A stretch of DNA of 64,000 bases, from NCBI GenBank assembly GCA_040954595.2, contig CM082581.2:7060699-7124698 (forward strand), read 5' to 3'. The position numbers and the translations under genes were made by a program. Every line of letters starts with the position of its first letter. The first letter of the stretch is position 1. The notes below the pieces were generated by a model. It ran no database searches. It was not told the origin of the DNA and was given only the letters and a program-made list of their open reading frames with translations. The stretch is from Balanoglossus misakiensis (Eukaryota > Animalia > Hemichordata). Shown in pieces: positions 23,437 to 37,700 of this stretch.

Positions 23437-25737
23437 TTAACGTTGAATGGGTTGGGAGAGCTCCTCTATCCGTGGCGGACACCGTGCCCTCTTGGCTGCT
23501 TCGCTCACGATAAACGCATCGGGATTGAATTGCACGTGGTCCATGGTGGCGCGGATGATCGGATGGGACAGCTCTTCCGTCCTCGGTGTGGGCACGGCCT
23601 TTTTAGCCGCTTTGGTCACCGGCCACTGGATGGTGCGCGCCGGCAGGTAACCGTCGGAGACGCTCTTCGTCTTGGCCAGCTCCATCTGGCGGGGCGTTGC
23701 CGTGGCGTGCCTGGCGCTTTTCGACACCTGGCGACAAATTTAGAAATTTTTAGAGACAACGTTATATTTTCAGAGTAACGTTAATTACTGTTCACCACCA
23801 TGGTTCAGTCCAAACCCATAGTGTTCTGTGGTAAGATTGGACCTCTAAAGAAGGAACCGAGGGTGGTGAAAGTTAAAGTGTAGTTCTTATAAGCTGGTGC
23901 CATGTCTTGTTCAGCACCACGCAGAAATCTTGAGCTATATCTCGGCTGCCGTGAAAGCTTTCTATGCTCGTTGTGTGACAGCGTTTCAGAACTTCCCTCA
24001 TGATACAACACTGTGTGCTTGGGTGGTGTTACATGTATTAGGTTGTTAGTTACTCACAGGCCACATAGAATCCCTGAAAGGTCCTTCTGGTCTGCTCTTG
24101 GGTCGTGCCAACATCTCTAGTCTGGGTGTTGCACTCGAAGACAGAGCCGCTTTGGGAATTCTGGTTTCAATCTACCGGGGATATGGGAAAACAAAAGTTC
24201 ACATGACGATAGAACTTTTGAACTTTATATTATATGTTTCTTGGTATAATGTGTTGTGGTATTTACTGACAACAACAGTGATGATTTACTTCGTTGTATT
24301 ATATATCTGTACCATAAATGCAGTCGGAACCTGATCGACCTGAACTGGGTTATATTTGAAGCAAATCTTAACCCCTTCCCCAAAACAAAGAAACTTTGTA
24401 TAACCCACAGCCCCTTAAATGTCACTATTATCAGTTCTGGCGTAACCAATGTTGTTGATTGTAATGTCCTAAATATGCACAATGCACTTTATCTGTCTTC
24501 AGCAGGTAGTTACACAAGGAATGAAAGCTGTTAGACAGAGCAGATTTGCATCAGGTCAAAGATTGCAGCCACTGCAATGCTGATGGGAACCAAACTCAAG
24601 CATACACACACCTCTCTGGCTGGTAGGAAATCTCGATGAACAGCCTTGGTCTGAGCCAAGGATTCTATCCGTTCCCTCTCTGCTGCCCTCTTGGCCGCTT
24701 CTTCCACTGTCCAGATTGGTGATTCTCGCCCACAACTGAATGTATGTTCGTGCCTAAGAGAGGAATTTAAAATCATGCATTAAAGCCTCAGTAGCTGCCA
24801 TTTTTAAAAATTATTTTAATGAAGAATGGGTTCACATAATATTAATCTCAGATTATAGCTGTACATAAAAATGTGAACAAGCTGTACATTTGAATGTGGA
24901 ACAAATACAATATTAAACGGGTGCTGCACCCATTTATTCAACGGCCATTGTAAGAGTACACAGCTATTGTGGTATGTGGGTATTTGAGCCTACCAATGCT
25001 GGCTTATACAGTAGTTACCTGTCTTCCCTAAACGCCTGGGGTGGAAGCTTGTGTCCAGCTAAGGTTGCCACACGATCAGTCGACTTCCCTTTGGCCGCTT
25101 GAGGACTGACTTCCAAGATGACTGAGCCACGACCACAGCTGTACACAAACTCAGGTCTAAAAAAGATCAAACAAAATCATAACCTGACTGTAAAAGAAGT
25201 GATGTTTTATCAATTATGTCGCTTTGAATATCTAAAAAAAATACGTGTTAGAGATTTGTGAAAACAAACTGGCTTATATTTTATTTCTTGACAATGGGTC
25301 ATTAACTATCAAGAAACACATTAATATTTCATGTTGCGTACGTCACAATGTCAAATGCAAACAATGGTCTTGATTGGAAACAAGTCCTATGTCATGTCAC
25401 AGTGAAGTCGACAAATATTTAATTTCTTGAAATATTTTTACCAAGATGAAAGCTCGGCTTATTGCTTTTGTAATTATATTTGATCTTCGGATATAAATCA
25501 TTAAGTACAAATCTTACCTGTTCAGTCTGTCTCCCTGAAAGTTTCTCTTTGGTTCCGAGAGGACAGCTAGTCTGGGTGTGGCATTTGATTTTAAGGCATT
25601 TTCTGGTATTGGCCACATGGGATCTTGGTTCCCCCAAACCATGTTGGGTCTGAAAAGAAATTGAAACTTCTCATTGTAACCTATGAAATATGCACTTATT
25701 GTATGAAACTGAGGATATACTTTCTGCAGAGATTGTT

Positions 25738-25770
<33 letters not shown>

Positions 25771-28700
25771 GGGGTTGAGGGAGAGAGAGATCAAGAACAG
25801 GCAAATGGGGAGAGAGGAAGGAAGGGAGGTATAAACAGGGGGTGAGATGGGGAGGGGCAGATAATAGACAATGGGGAGGGTGTTGTGTGTTACGCAAATT
25901 GACATAAACATAACATGGTCACACATTCTTACCCAAAGCTTGTCAGCCAGATGCATTTTGATTCTTTAGGTTGTGCTAATTCATAGATCCTCTCCCTGTA
26001 TTAAAAATAGAGAAAGAGTACATGGTGAATTAAAATTTTATGGTTGATTCTGAACGAGTCAGTGTACATGTTAGGCATTGCCTAATCTATGCTAGGTTCT
26101 CCAGACAGGTACCATTGCCTAAAAGCTGAAATTTGAGGACATAAGGTGCACATGTACATTTGTCGAGGTTTAGATGTTTCAAAATGAAGATGTGCACATT
26201 TGCATATCAACGACGTCACTGAAAAACATGTGACTTGTATTGTCCTTTGTATGTTCATTATTACTAAAAGAAAATCAACACAACTTTTTAAATTACAATA
26301 ACGCTCCTTAGCAACAGTTGCCTAGCAACAGTTTCAATCCTAACACTCCTCCAGTGCTGTGTTCACGACAGCAGGGGTTAGTGTATACAAATCAAATGTC
26401 AGCCCAGATCAAATCTCGAAACTATTTTTCACTACCTCTCTATTTACTAGTAAAGCACGATCAATAAACTTTGAAAGCGGTTTAGGGTTTCAAATCTCTT
26501 TAGACCCCGTGGGTTTCTTTCCTTTCTTCAAATTTAAAAAAACTGGGACTCTTTAAGCTTCAGAGAAAGCGTTTGCAAATGAAGCCCCTCAGAGAGTTAA
26601 TTCCCTCTCATTTTAGAATATTTGTTGGCTGGGGGTATAAGATCTCTTTATTAGGCCTTCAGTCAAGCTATACAATTGGAATGATTAGTTTAAATGCTAT
26701 GCAAATTATCTCGCGTCCCTTTTCTGGGTTATTAACTTTAGAGTGGTCTGCAGGTAACCGTGAAATGCAATACCCTGCCAAGACCTGAAAATCGCTGTTT
26801 GTTTAGTCTGTGAGCAAATTTTGGTGGCAAATTTTCAAAAAAAAAAAATGTGGAGTATTCAAATAACTTGGCAGGTTAACAGGCCTGGGTGATGGAAGTT
26901 TAGGCACTTTGGATCTGTTAATCATTGCAATTTCTACCGACTTTGTTAGAATCTGTCTGAGTTGATCCAATCAACTGTTTTCCTAGTCTGACTCTGAGAA
27001 CAGGGTAACCATGTGAACAAGGCAGTGTTGAAGTTGATCTCTAACTGTGGTGATTACCAGCAAAATGCCATTTTCAATTTAGAACACCTGAGCTTATTGT
27101 TGTCTCTATCTGATTAAACACCATTGTTCATACTCAGATAGTCCTCTTTTGATGCGATTTGTGGAGGGACAACTCTTTCAAGTATGGAGTGAGCATGGTA
27201 AACTTGATTGTGAATACCAAGTTTTAAATTTCCAGGCTTTAAATCGTCGAACAACCAACACCTCACTAAGTACTGAGTGATTTATACTCTCATAGTTTCA
27301 CTGTGTTAGAAAAAACCCTCAAACATCAGCTCTCCCGCCCTTACTGTACAACAAAAGAAGGGCTTTTAAATCCTTGAATGAGAGTAAATCTGCCAAAAAA
27401 CTGAAGGCTAACTACCTGCTTACTTCTTCCATGCTGTGTCGGCGATAGAGTGTTGGAAGCACAGTGTCACATTTTTGCATAAAATCTCAAATTACGGGTC
27501 ACAAAATGCTCTACTGGAGACACGAAACCGCCACAGTGTTTATGTTTTTCCTCAGTCAGTAAAGAGTTGAAACAGTTTTGGTGTTAGCTCGTGACCCATT
27601 TCGCTTGTACACTTGACGACCTGATTTGCATAATTACCCTCCTTGTCTCTCCCACTGCTTCTCTAAGTCTTTTCCCCCCCCCCCCCGATTTAAATGAATG
27701 GTGTGACGAACAAGGTGGGATTCTTTTGTTTTTCGACCTCTCTTTATCAACTCCGGCCGCCCACTGCTTCCCTTGCATGTATCTGAATGGCCTTCTGATC
27801 TATTGAATGGGGCCAAGTATCGATCCGTAGGCCTCATTAAATATTCATAAATCAAGGAATTTGTTTATAGTTACCGAATGAATGGCCACGCGGCGTGGAC
27901 TCAGAGACACTTGCAGGGTGCACGCCAAAGTAATTTCAAACCTGCGGCAGGTATTTTCCGAATTTTAAAACATCCCTTCAAAAGTAAGCAATAGTTTCTC
28001 CAAACAGGTGCATGTCAACATGGCACTGGTTTGAAGAAATGTCACTTCCTTGGCAACTGTTGCTATGGCGACCACTGTTGCTACAACTAACTTCTACCCC
28101 GAAATCTGCCTTCTAGGTAATTCTACCCAGAGTGAACTTGTTACTAGGCTGTTTTTTTTAAAAAAAAAACACTCATGCTCGTTTCAGATACTCAACTACC
28201 TGTAAATGCTTAATCAAGGTCTTTACGAAGGGTCTATTAAAATATACTTCAGCACTTGACTTAAAGCTATTAAAAGCATTATTAATCTAAGTTAACAGGG
28301 AAAAGGCACGTACATGTCCTTCCTCTTTTCAAATAATGCCAACAATGTTGATCCTATCATGTACTAGGTTTAATTTTGTTTTTGCAAATACTTCAAAATC
28401 TATGGTTATGGATAGCAATGGTAAAAGACAGTACTTGTCTGATGTTATGTAACAATACAGTCACACATCTCAGTGCCATGTGTGTTGGTTTACGTAACCA
28501 GGAGACAAATGCTGTTGTAACTGTAATATATGGTCTGACGTACAGTACACCACATTGTGACATGTAACTGTTCCGATATTAGGCAGTTTACAAAAACATG
28601 CACAACATATAGGGAACTGAGCAAGAATTACTGAATTTTGACGACAGACTCTCTGAAGTTCTCAAGAGCTAACCCATCCAAGTATTATTAAAAAGTAATT

Positions 28701-31700
28701 TGCGTTAGCGATTTTCCACTGTCGGTAAATGAAGTTTTGCACAACAAGTGCTGAGTGCTGTTTAAACTGAACAGATGGACTGAATACTATACAGTCTGTC
28801 CAGTGTTTGCTGTCCACTTGAAAAAGTCTGGCCAGCCTAACAATAATCAGAGATTATCTATCTCAGGTAAACTCCCTTTTGTTATTGAAGTTAACATTAA
28901 ATATTTAAGATTTACACTGGATAAAAACTGAAAGAAAGAAAAATGTGACTCATTTTGAACTGTCGTTTCATGAATCATTTTTATATTCTACAAAAATCAA
29001 GCATTCTTGAATATTATAGTGCCTGAGCATACTTCTAGCCTTGTCTGGGATGTGTATTTTGACCATATTGATTTTGTCCGCAAACATGACGATGTCAGTC
29101 AACAGTGTTAAAATAGAAACTACACCTATGCTGGAATGTTTTTTTTTCTCCTTTTTTGTAAAAAACACAATTTCTATACTATTCAATTCTAATCAAAGTT
29201 GGTACAAAATCAACTTCAGAGATAAACCTGAAGCATTTCAATGTTTTCATGATGAAATATTTGTTTCTGTTGGAAATCTTGGTATGTGAATTCAGTATGT
29301 TTGTTGAAGTGTCCATTACAGTGTAGTTGACAACTATATTCTGATATTTCCATCAAATATTGGCTGGTTTAACTGTCAATACAAATATATTTCAGTTGTG
29401 TAATCAGCACTTGTGCACACCAAGTATTGAGGCTGAATGAAGTTTTGTGTATATCAACCCCATAAGTTTATTGATCGTATAATGTTTATCATGCAGGAAA
29501 TACTTGTACATTTTATCCTACATTTTATGGGCATGCATGTACAGGTGGATATCTTCAATTAAATTATGCATATGAGTGCATTAAAGTCAGATATTCTATC
29601 ATTTTCAACTGTCAGAACTATTGTCCTATTTTGCACAAGTTGTGGTAGCAAAAACTTCAAATCCATATACTTAGTGTAGAGAGTATTCTATATATATACA
29701 TCATAGTACAAAAAAAGTCAATTAAAAACTTGTACTTACATGCCCCTTAGTCCTCTGCGACTGTTCGGTCGCCTCTCAACTGGAAAGAGAAAAAAAAAAG
29801 AAAAATGAATGGGAGTTAATCTTGGACATGTCTGTGTATTGATTGAAAAAGCTCAATGCTTCGAAGTGCAAACAAGAGAGAATTTAGGTAGATGGTATAT
29901 TTGACCCATGTTTTTGTGGGCATCTATTGGCGGCAACTTGACGACGCCTTTCTTGGCTTTTTTCTTGTTTCCTTGAGTCATGGCTGCTGGCAATCTTGAG
30001 GTGTCCCGTCAAAATCAGCGAAAAAATAGAGTTACATAGATCTGGTCTGGGGCATAATCCCTGCCCGGCAGTGGAAACTGTCAGTCTGCAACAACAGACA
30101 AGAACACGCTGGCCAGTTTTTGCGGGGGTCGCTTTTGTGTTCAAGGAGTTTTGTTCTGCTCGGCTGGTGTGCGTGCGTTCACAGGTGGTTGGTCTTCTAG
30201 GGCGATGTAAACACCCCTATTGTCCTCCCGGGGAGTTTTATCCCTCAGTAGATCCCCATGCCAATGCGTTCAATTCTTCTTTTTTGTTTCTTTCTTTCTT
30301 TCCCCTGCTTAAGACTGGATTCCGAGCTGGCGGTGTTTTCACGGTCCTGGATCTTGCGTCTCTGGTGGACGGTCGCCAAATAAGCAATCCGGGCACAGTG
30401 CAATTGTGTTGGCGACTCGCTCCAGAGACTGGCGATCTGTCTCGCAGACTCCCCTGAGTTGAGTCTGCAGACGCGAATGACGGAACGATCCTTGTTTGAA
30501 GATTTGCGCGAGCCCAAGTTGCCAGGGAAGAAAGCAGGGGTCCTCAGACAGCACTTCAAGTGTCTGCACTCACTTGAACGACTCCCGCGCGCCAGCTAAA
30601 CTGCAGCCAGAGGAAACTGTTGCTAAGGGTGTGTGCATAATGTATGCAGCGCTGCATGTATACTTAATAAACCGACAGGTGGATCTCCAATGCTCCTTAC
30701 TCCAACCCTTTTTAAATATACATCGACCCCAGTAAATTCGTGATGAAAGATTTAGCAGGGCTGTGTCAACTATTCCCAGGTTGAATAAAACAACACCGGT
30801 ACAGCTGTTTCGCGTCACACTACATCCCCGCCAACAATGCCCTGTTATTAATTTTTCAGCACCTGAAATTTCATTTCCTGAAATCTTAATGCGGTACGAT
30901 CGGCCCGGAACACCGCTAAGCAGGCCGCCATTCAACCAGGGCTACACGGCAGCTCTGATTTCTTTTCTCTCTCTGTCTCATTGTAATTGTCCGCGCTTAA
31001 TCCCGGCAAAGCTGCTTTGCACGGAGCCTCCAAAAATAACAACAACATATTTTTGTTGAGCAGAGGGGGTTAAAGTCGCCCAGAAAGGGCCCAAGTCAAA
31101 TAGTGTAATTAGCCCTTTGTGGTTGCCCATTGTGGAGCGTTGGTTTTGGCGTTCTGTATTGATCGCGTCGCAGGGGGCGTTACGTCACTGCGAAATTCCC
31201 CAACCTGATGTGAAGTTCATTGGTGATGTGCAGTTATTTCTCATCTGAATATTAACATCCTCTTTTGACTGAATGTTAATTAGTGCATGAAAGAAATGCT
31301 ACTCTACAACAGGTGCCACCTTGTACTTGTATGTAGTATAGCACTGTACTGGTTTATTTCAATGTTAGGTTGCAATTAACTTGGGGCTTGGACTGCAGTA
31401 TGAGAAACTTAGGGTTTAATTGATAACTTTTTTTTCTCTGAGAGATGACTAACAAGGTACCCACAGTCTGTGATATATCAGTTTGTCAATAATTAATCAG
31501 CTAATTAAAAGATTCATATTACAAGCAAGCTGATAAATCATTGAGTCATGAATGCTTAAATGTATACTGATAGATATTGCTAATATCACAGCTTGACGAT
31601 AACATTATTAAAGAGTGATATATGGCAAAGATATGTTTTTTTTCTTCATTATATTTCCTAAAATTCCCCTTTTCCTAAAATTATACTAAAGGCACTAAAT

Positions 31701-34700
31701 TTGATTACCGGTATTGGTAATATGATATTAACCACTATTTGCATTTCATAGAAATATTTTTGGGGAGTTATTTTTCCCTCGTGAAATTACTACGTAACGT
31801 TTTATGTACTTGCACGTTTTTTTTTTCCAATTTTGGCATGTACTGGTAATACATAATACAATATTTTTTTTTTTTTTGCCTGGCATTGTGACACTAACAG
31901 TTTTGATCCCTGAAATTACTTTGAATCATCGTCCACATTTGCTGAAAGTAAACAGCAATTACAGACAAAAAAAAAATCAATTTATGCCCTCTGCAGGGAG
32001 ATGAATAATAACCTCGGTCTGAAATTGATTGTCAAGACTGTTCTTTAAAGTACACAAAACGGCGGCCGGTTGACTTAAAATACCTTTTTGTTGAGTAAAC
32101 CGGTTTCACGGAAATCTGACATCCGAAAGGAAACTGGAATATTGATCGGAAGCTGTCCCAATCGGAAGCTGAACGCAAAAAAGGTCAATATTGACACGGC
32201 TGTCTATTGGAACTGCTGAAGCGTGGAGTGTTTGGTGGCTGTTCTGAAATGTTGAATCATTTTATATGTGTTAGTCCTCCAATTGGCAAAGTGGTGTTTG
32301 ATTATTTTTCAAACAAGAACAAAGAATTTTCTCTCTCCCTTGCCCTGTATGTGTCTAATGTATCCACCATAGAACAGCATTGTTATTGTGCGCTATCCCC
32401 ATCATGTGATGTACATGCATCTTGTAGTGAAAACATTTTCAGAAAGTGGAAGAAAATAATTAAAAAAAATTGGGGGATAGCCAGAAAAAAATATCACAAA
32501 TTACGCGGCTATTGTCTCTGTACATGTTATACTGTACGTGGTATAAACATGAAAATAAAACCTACACTTTCAGAATTAATCAGGTGTGAAAAACTAGTCA
32601 ATATGCCCAGTTTTATTGGATATCAAGAAAATATTTACAAATCATGATTAGTGTTGGGTTTATTTCATTCTCTAGAGAGAGCCAGAGCCTGCCACATTTT
32701 CGTCTCCAGAGGGAGCTTGGTGGCCAAACCGGGCAGGGTAATTCTATTTTGATTAAAATTCCATTTTGACAAGAAAACGTCCTAGGAGTTTTAATCCCCT
32801 GATGAGGTAATGAATTATTAATATTTTGATTTGAAATAGGTTGGCTGAAACTGTCACCAGGATATTGCGGTATGTTTCACTGCGCAATATTATTACTGCT
32901 ATCAAATTCTAATTGAAAATTCAGAGCAAATTTCCAGACACGTTTTTACGGTTGACAAATCGGCACGGGTTCAGGCCTTGTCCCCAAAAACCGGATGATC
33001 AATAATGAACCTTAATCTTTGTGATCTCCATAGCAACATATCTGACAACAAATGTAATAGTCCCCTTGGGTGGCGAACAGAACCTGGAAGGATTAGCTTT
33101 CCGTTCCAGTGTTGCGAAAACGGACGTGGTATTGTCGCAGTGACGTTGTGGCGCGATAAAATGTCTGTTGACCCAACAGAATTCGGGGCGAAACGGGACA
33201 CCGCCAGCAGTCGTGGTTGCGTATCAATTTTACAAAAGAGTGTAAAATTAGACAGTGTTTTTATACTAGCATGGTTCAGGAGTAAAGTCAACATGGCACA
33301 CTGCAGCTTTGGGATAGGCCCTGAATTAAAAACTGGTTTGAAAAGAAAATTATTAATTGTTACCATGAATTGGAAATTAGAGCTACGATCACACATTTAA
33401 AGAAAGAGTGATTACGAAATCTAAGCTTTTTGCTTATATTTTGCTGGATTCACAGAAAAAGATAACTGATCGAAAATTTTAGAAAATTTGGGAATTCAAA
33501 GTTGTCCAATTTAGACTTTAAACAGTTTGAATTTGTCCCATATGTCGTCACTGTGAATTTTTATTCTGTAATCCCAAGACACTCTTTTCTATGATCATGA
33601 TGTAAACCTTTCCCCCTCTATTCTCAGTGGGACATTAATTACCCACTTAAAACAATGGGTTGAACACCACACCATAATTATGGCAGACGCTCGCAAACAA
33701 GCACAGACAGATGAATGAAGCGATGGACTCATTGAAGGCAGAGATAGATATAACTAAAAAGAAATTAAAAATTACAAACATTGTGGCTGATCCCACAGGA
33801 AATTTGAACATGACTTTTCATAAATATTTTACAGATTCCCTGTATGAGATGAATTATTATCAATATGTTTATAAGAAGATAAGTATCAAGTTATCATACA
33901 ATGGTTTCTGGTTGCAAATTGTTGGGTTGGTCTAAGTCTGCCATGACTAATTTGTGCTCTTGAATAATACCAGTTCAGCTTCGCCTGAGTTGCAAAACTC
34001 AAAAAGGACAACATGAAAGTACCGCATTATCAAATTACAGGAGTGTTTCTGTGATGTCTTGAAATTCTGACGAGCGTGACGGGCCGGCAGTTTGATGTCA
34101 ACAGTTTCTACAACAGATTAGCCGTTCCACATACAACACAACAAAATAAAAAATGATTCCACACAACACACCATGGCAACGTAAATAACTGTACTTTTGC
34201 TTACGGGTATGAGCGCTTCCGAATCGACTTCCGTTGCGCGGCGGCATGCCGATACTGTATCAAAAAAAAACACAAAATGCCTGGGTGCCTTTTCCAAGAC
34301 CGTCTCGCTTAATCCTTAACGCTGTTGCCACCTGAGCTCGCCGCTCTATTATTCTCCACAAATGAGACGTTAAACGCAGCCTATTGTGGTGGAGTGAAGG
34401 AACGTGCCCGAGCATTCTCGAGCACCTGAAGTTTAAGAGCCAATTAAGTCGTGGGCTGCCCCGTCGCCACGGTGACGACCTTTCTACTCCCTCCTTGCTC
34501 AAGTTTCATTGGATACTTCCAGGAGATGGCGAGCACAATGCCAAGTCGTCTGAGTAAACATTATTGCCTCGCGACAATAGTTTCAAGTTGACATTACCCG
34601 TGTTCCGCTGACTTTTATTTGCTTCCAACTTTCAAACAAAACAAAGCCACGGGCAAACGGGACGCTCCTTAAAATCCGATAAAGGTATTTTCAACAATGG

Positions 34701-37700
34701 AAAATAAAACTTTTGTAATTAACTGGCAGCCTCAGTCAGTCAGGTACAAGTAACCACTGTCTGAAGTCAAAAAACGATATAATTTTTAGAGTTTGTCATA
34801 TTCAAAATCGTGTTTACATCCTGTCAAATCCTGGCGTTCTGTATTCTTTCTGTCCGTAAACTACATAGCAGATGCTAATTTTTCAACCGAAACACTTGTT
34901 TTGCACCAGTTTGTTTATCCAAAAAAAGTCAAAATTTGGCAAAACACAAATGGGTAGGATAATGTGGATAAAAATGACCTTCAAATTGAAGACTAGTTGT
35001 GAATCATTAATCATTGGCAACCTTTCCTATCTATGACATTCTAATTGCATTCATATCGATCAGATAAAGTAATTTTTAATTTGTACGCATGAAGAATGTT
35101 TTTTCACCATCCTATTATTATCATTAAAATAGCAATTTTTCCTTTAGCTAATGACTCAGCCAGTACAGATCTTAAACAATCAATCAATTAAATTTAAATT
35201 GTCAAGAGACTGCATTTCATTCAGTCATGTGATAAATAGCTAAGGTTTGCATTTTTATCAATATTTAATGATACTATTATTATTTCTTTGAGTAATTTCA
35301 AACATTCATTAGTCATTACACAGAACCAGCTAGAGGTCATCTTTGTTTATATGGTTGTCGGGGAGGGGGGGGGGGGGATTTTCATGTTGTGTTTTTGAAG
35401 GGCAACTAATACTAGTAGCACCATTTTCACCGTTTGCTTGTGAGACTGAATAATATCAACTTGGTTAATACTGGACTGAGACTCATGGGGGAATAATGCT
35501 TCAGAAGTAAAATTGTTTGCATTACTGTATGTTTAATTTCAACAACTTAGCGGTTCTATGGCCTGGTGAATTTTCACCTGTAGGAAGGAACAGGGTTAAC
35601 CAGACAATTTACACTCGGTGATGTAATATGTTCCTGGTCTCCCAGTGAGAAAATTGCAGCCCATATTACAATGCCTATCATTATTCATGTCTTTTTCTTC
35701 AAATGTAATAATGTATGATTTAGTATTTCACAGCCTATACCCATGCCACTTTAAAATTAATGGACAAATTGTGTTTTGTGGAGTGGAAAAAATGCTACAC
35801 ACTCCAAATTACTATCCAGAAAACGCAAAAAAGGTTACACAGCTATTTTGGGAAATTAATTTTAGGATGTAGTGCTTCTCCTTAAGTCGTAAGGTTTCCA
35901 TAGTAATGAAAATAGTCAAAATAGTAAAATGTAAGAAAATGGCTCTTGAAAATGCCACTTTGTCGAACGATTTTAATGGATAGACCTCACATTGAAACCA
36001 ATTACCGGTAAATGTGCATGTAGTTGTATAACAAAAATACAAGCTTAAACTTTCGCTCTTTATACATATCCGAGGCGAATATACCTTTACAGAAAACATC
36101 AAGAAAATTCATGTGTGAACATTTTTTCAGAGGGTGAATACTACTTCAATGAAGATTAGTAATTTGCTATCTTTGTTTGAAACTTGTGGTTTCTTTCTGA
36201 TTTTTTCTCAAAACCACTGGTCTTTGTAGTCTGATAAATCCTTTCTTTGGTGTCCTGAATCAACAGACGCTGCAGGAGGCAAGTGAAAGTTATGTCATCC
36301 ATGATCTGATGTGGTTTGCCGACCCCCGAGAAGCTTTATGCTAGGTAGGTGCATGACCTAATAAAACTGGACGCTGAGTGACTTTTTGTTATGACTGCGT
36401 TAGTCACCTCTCACCTCGGGACTGTAACAGTGCGCGCGCCCCTTGTCGTATACGCCACTTGAGTAAAGCGAAACGCTGTGTTCTCGCGAGCCAGAGCTTT
36501 TACTTCCGCTTGAAATGAGAAAAAAAACTCTGCATGAAACAGTAATTGCCATAAATAGGCCTGTGGTTTAAAATGATGAGCCACCCAATGTAGTAAATCT
36601 TTCAACCCAGTACAACTGCATGCATCATCCCATCCCCCTGTGCTACTAGTCTACTACATAGACCAAACCTAACTGCGGATGGTGGTTCGAGCCATCCTGA
36701 AAAGTACAGCCATTGTCGGTAGTTGTATTTATATACTGGTATAAACATTGATAAAAACAGTCACAGTATACCACATTTGTGGGAATTTTCAGATTAAGCT
36801 GCAATTCCAGGGGAAAAAAGTGTCACAGTGCAGGCTATACGGTGTCGTCGTTCCATCACTAAATCACACAGTGCTTGACGACTATAAGGGGCGATTTGAA
36901 AGACTTCTTTTACAGCAACGGAGTGTGTCAAACGGCCAACGAGTCTTTGAATCGAGTTGACCTCTGTGTTCAGCAGAAGTCTGTGTATAAAGCCCCCAGT
37001 TGGCCACCGCCTGCCTGCACAATGCACTGTGTATATACAAGCCGCCATAATCGCTTTCAAAACCGATCTCTTAAATTACAGGGATTTTTACTCCTCGGTT
37101 TGTCAATGTCCAGCACCACTCAGTGGGAGACCCGATCGCCAGTTGTCTGGCAACGGTCGTATTGTCAAATCTGTCAAATCCCTCCAAAGCATTTTGTGAA
37201 TCGCGTGATTACTTTTTAATATGCAAACTGAAGTCTCACAGTGTACTTGTTGACCAAATATAAATATGCCTTTTGATGACATTTTATCCTATACAATGAC
37301 TGTTTTTGATTTTCTTAAAATTGGAAACTTGTGAAAATGTGATGTTAACAGTAAAGTGTCTGATATCAAATGGTGTAACTGACAGTATACTACTTCGGTT
37401 ACATGACTTTGAAAAATAACAAAATCGTGACTTATTCTGTGAACTGTTCACAGTGCAGCTAAATTTAGCAACCTAAGTGAAAGTCGTGATTCTGCTTTAA
37501 TGCCTCAAAACGAGACAATTCAACCTCCCGTGGTTTGACAAATGAACCCCTGGGGTGGGGGGAAACGCAGCGCTAACATTTTTGGCCTTTCTCATTAATT
37601 ATCACATGAGTCAGCAATATAACACACTGGAAGACATACAACTTACACCTTCCGACTTGACATCATTTGATCTATGTCACTTTATACAAAATCGAAATAG

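Noticed and set aside
29884-31059. Cluster of 76-153 aa ORFs on both strands
   Set aside because: No domain similarity and not phase-compatible with the THEG-like exon chain; explained by locally higher GC.
33711-33935. ORF MNEAMDSLKAEIDITKKKLK with a coiled-coil look
   Set aside because: Short, AT-rich, antisense within a THEG-like intron; no consistent splice sites or partner exons.
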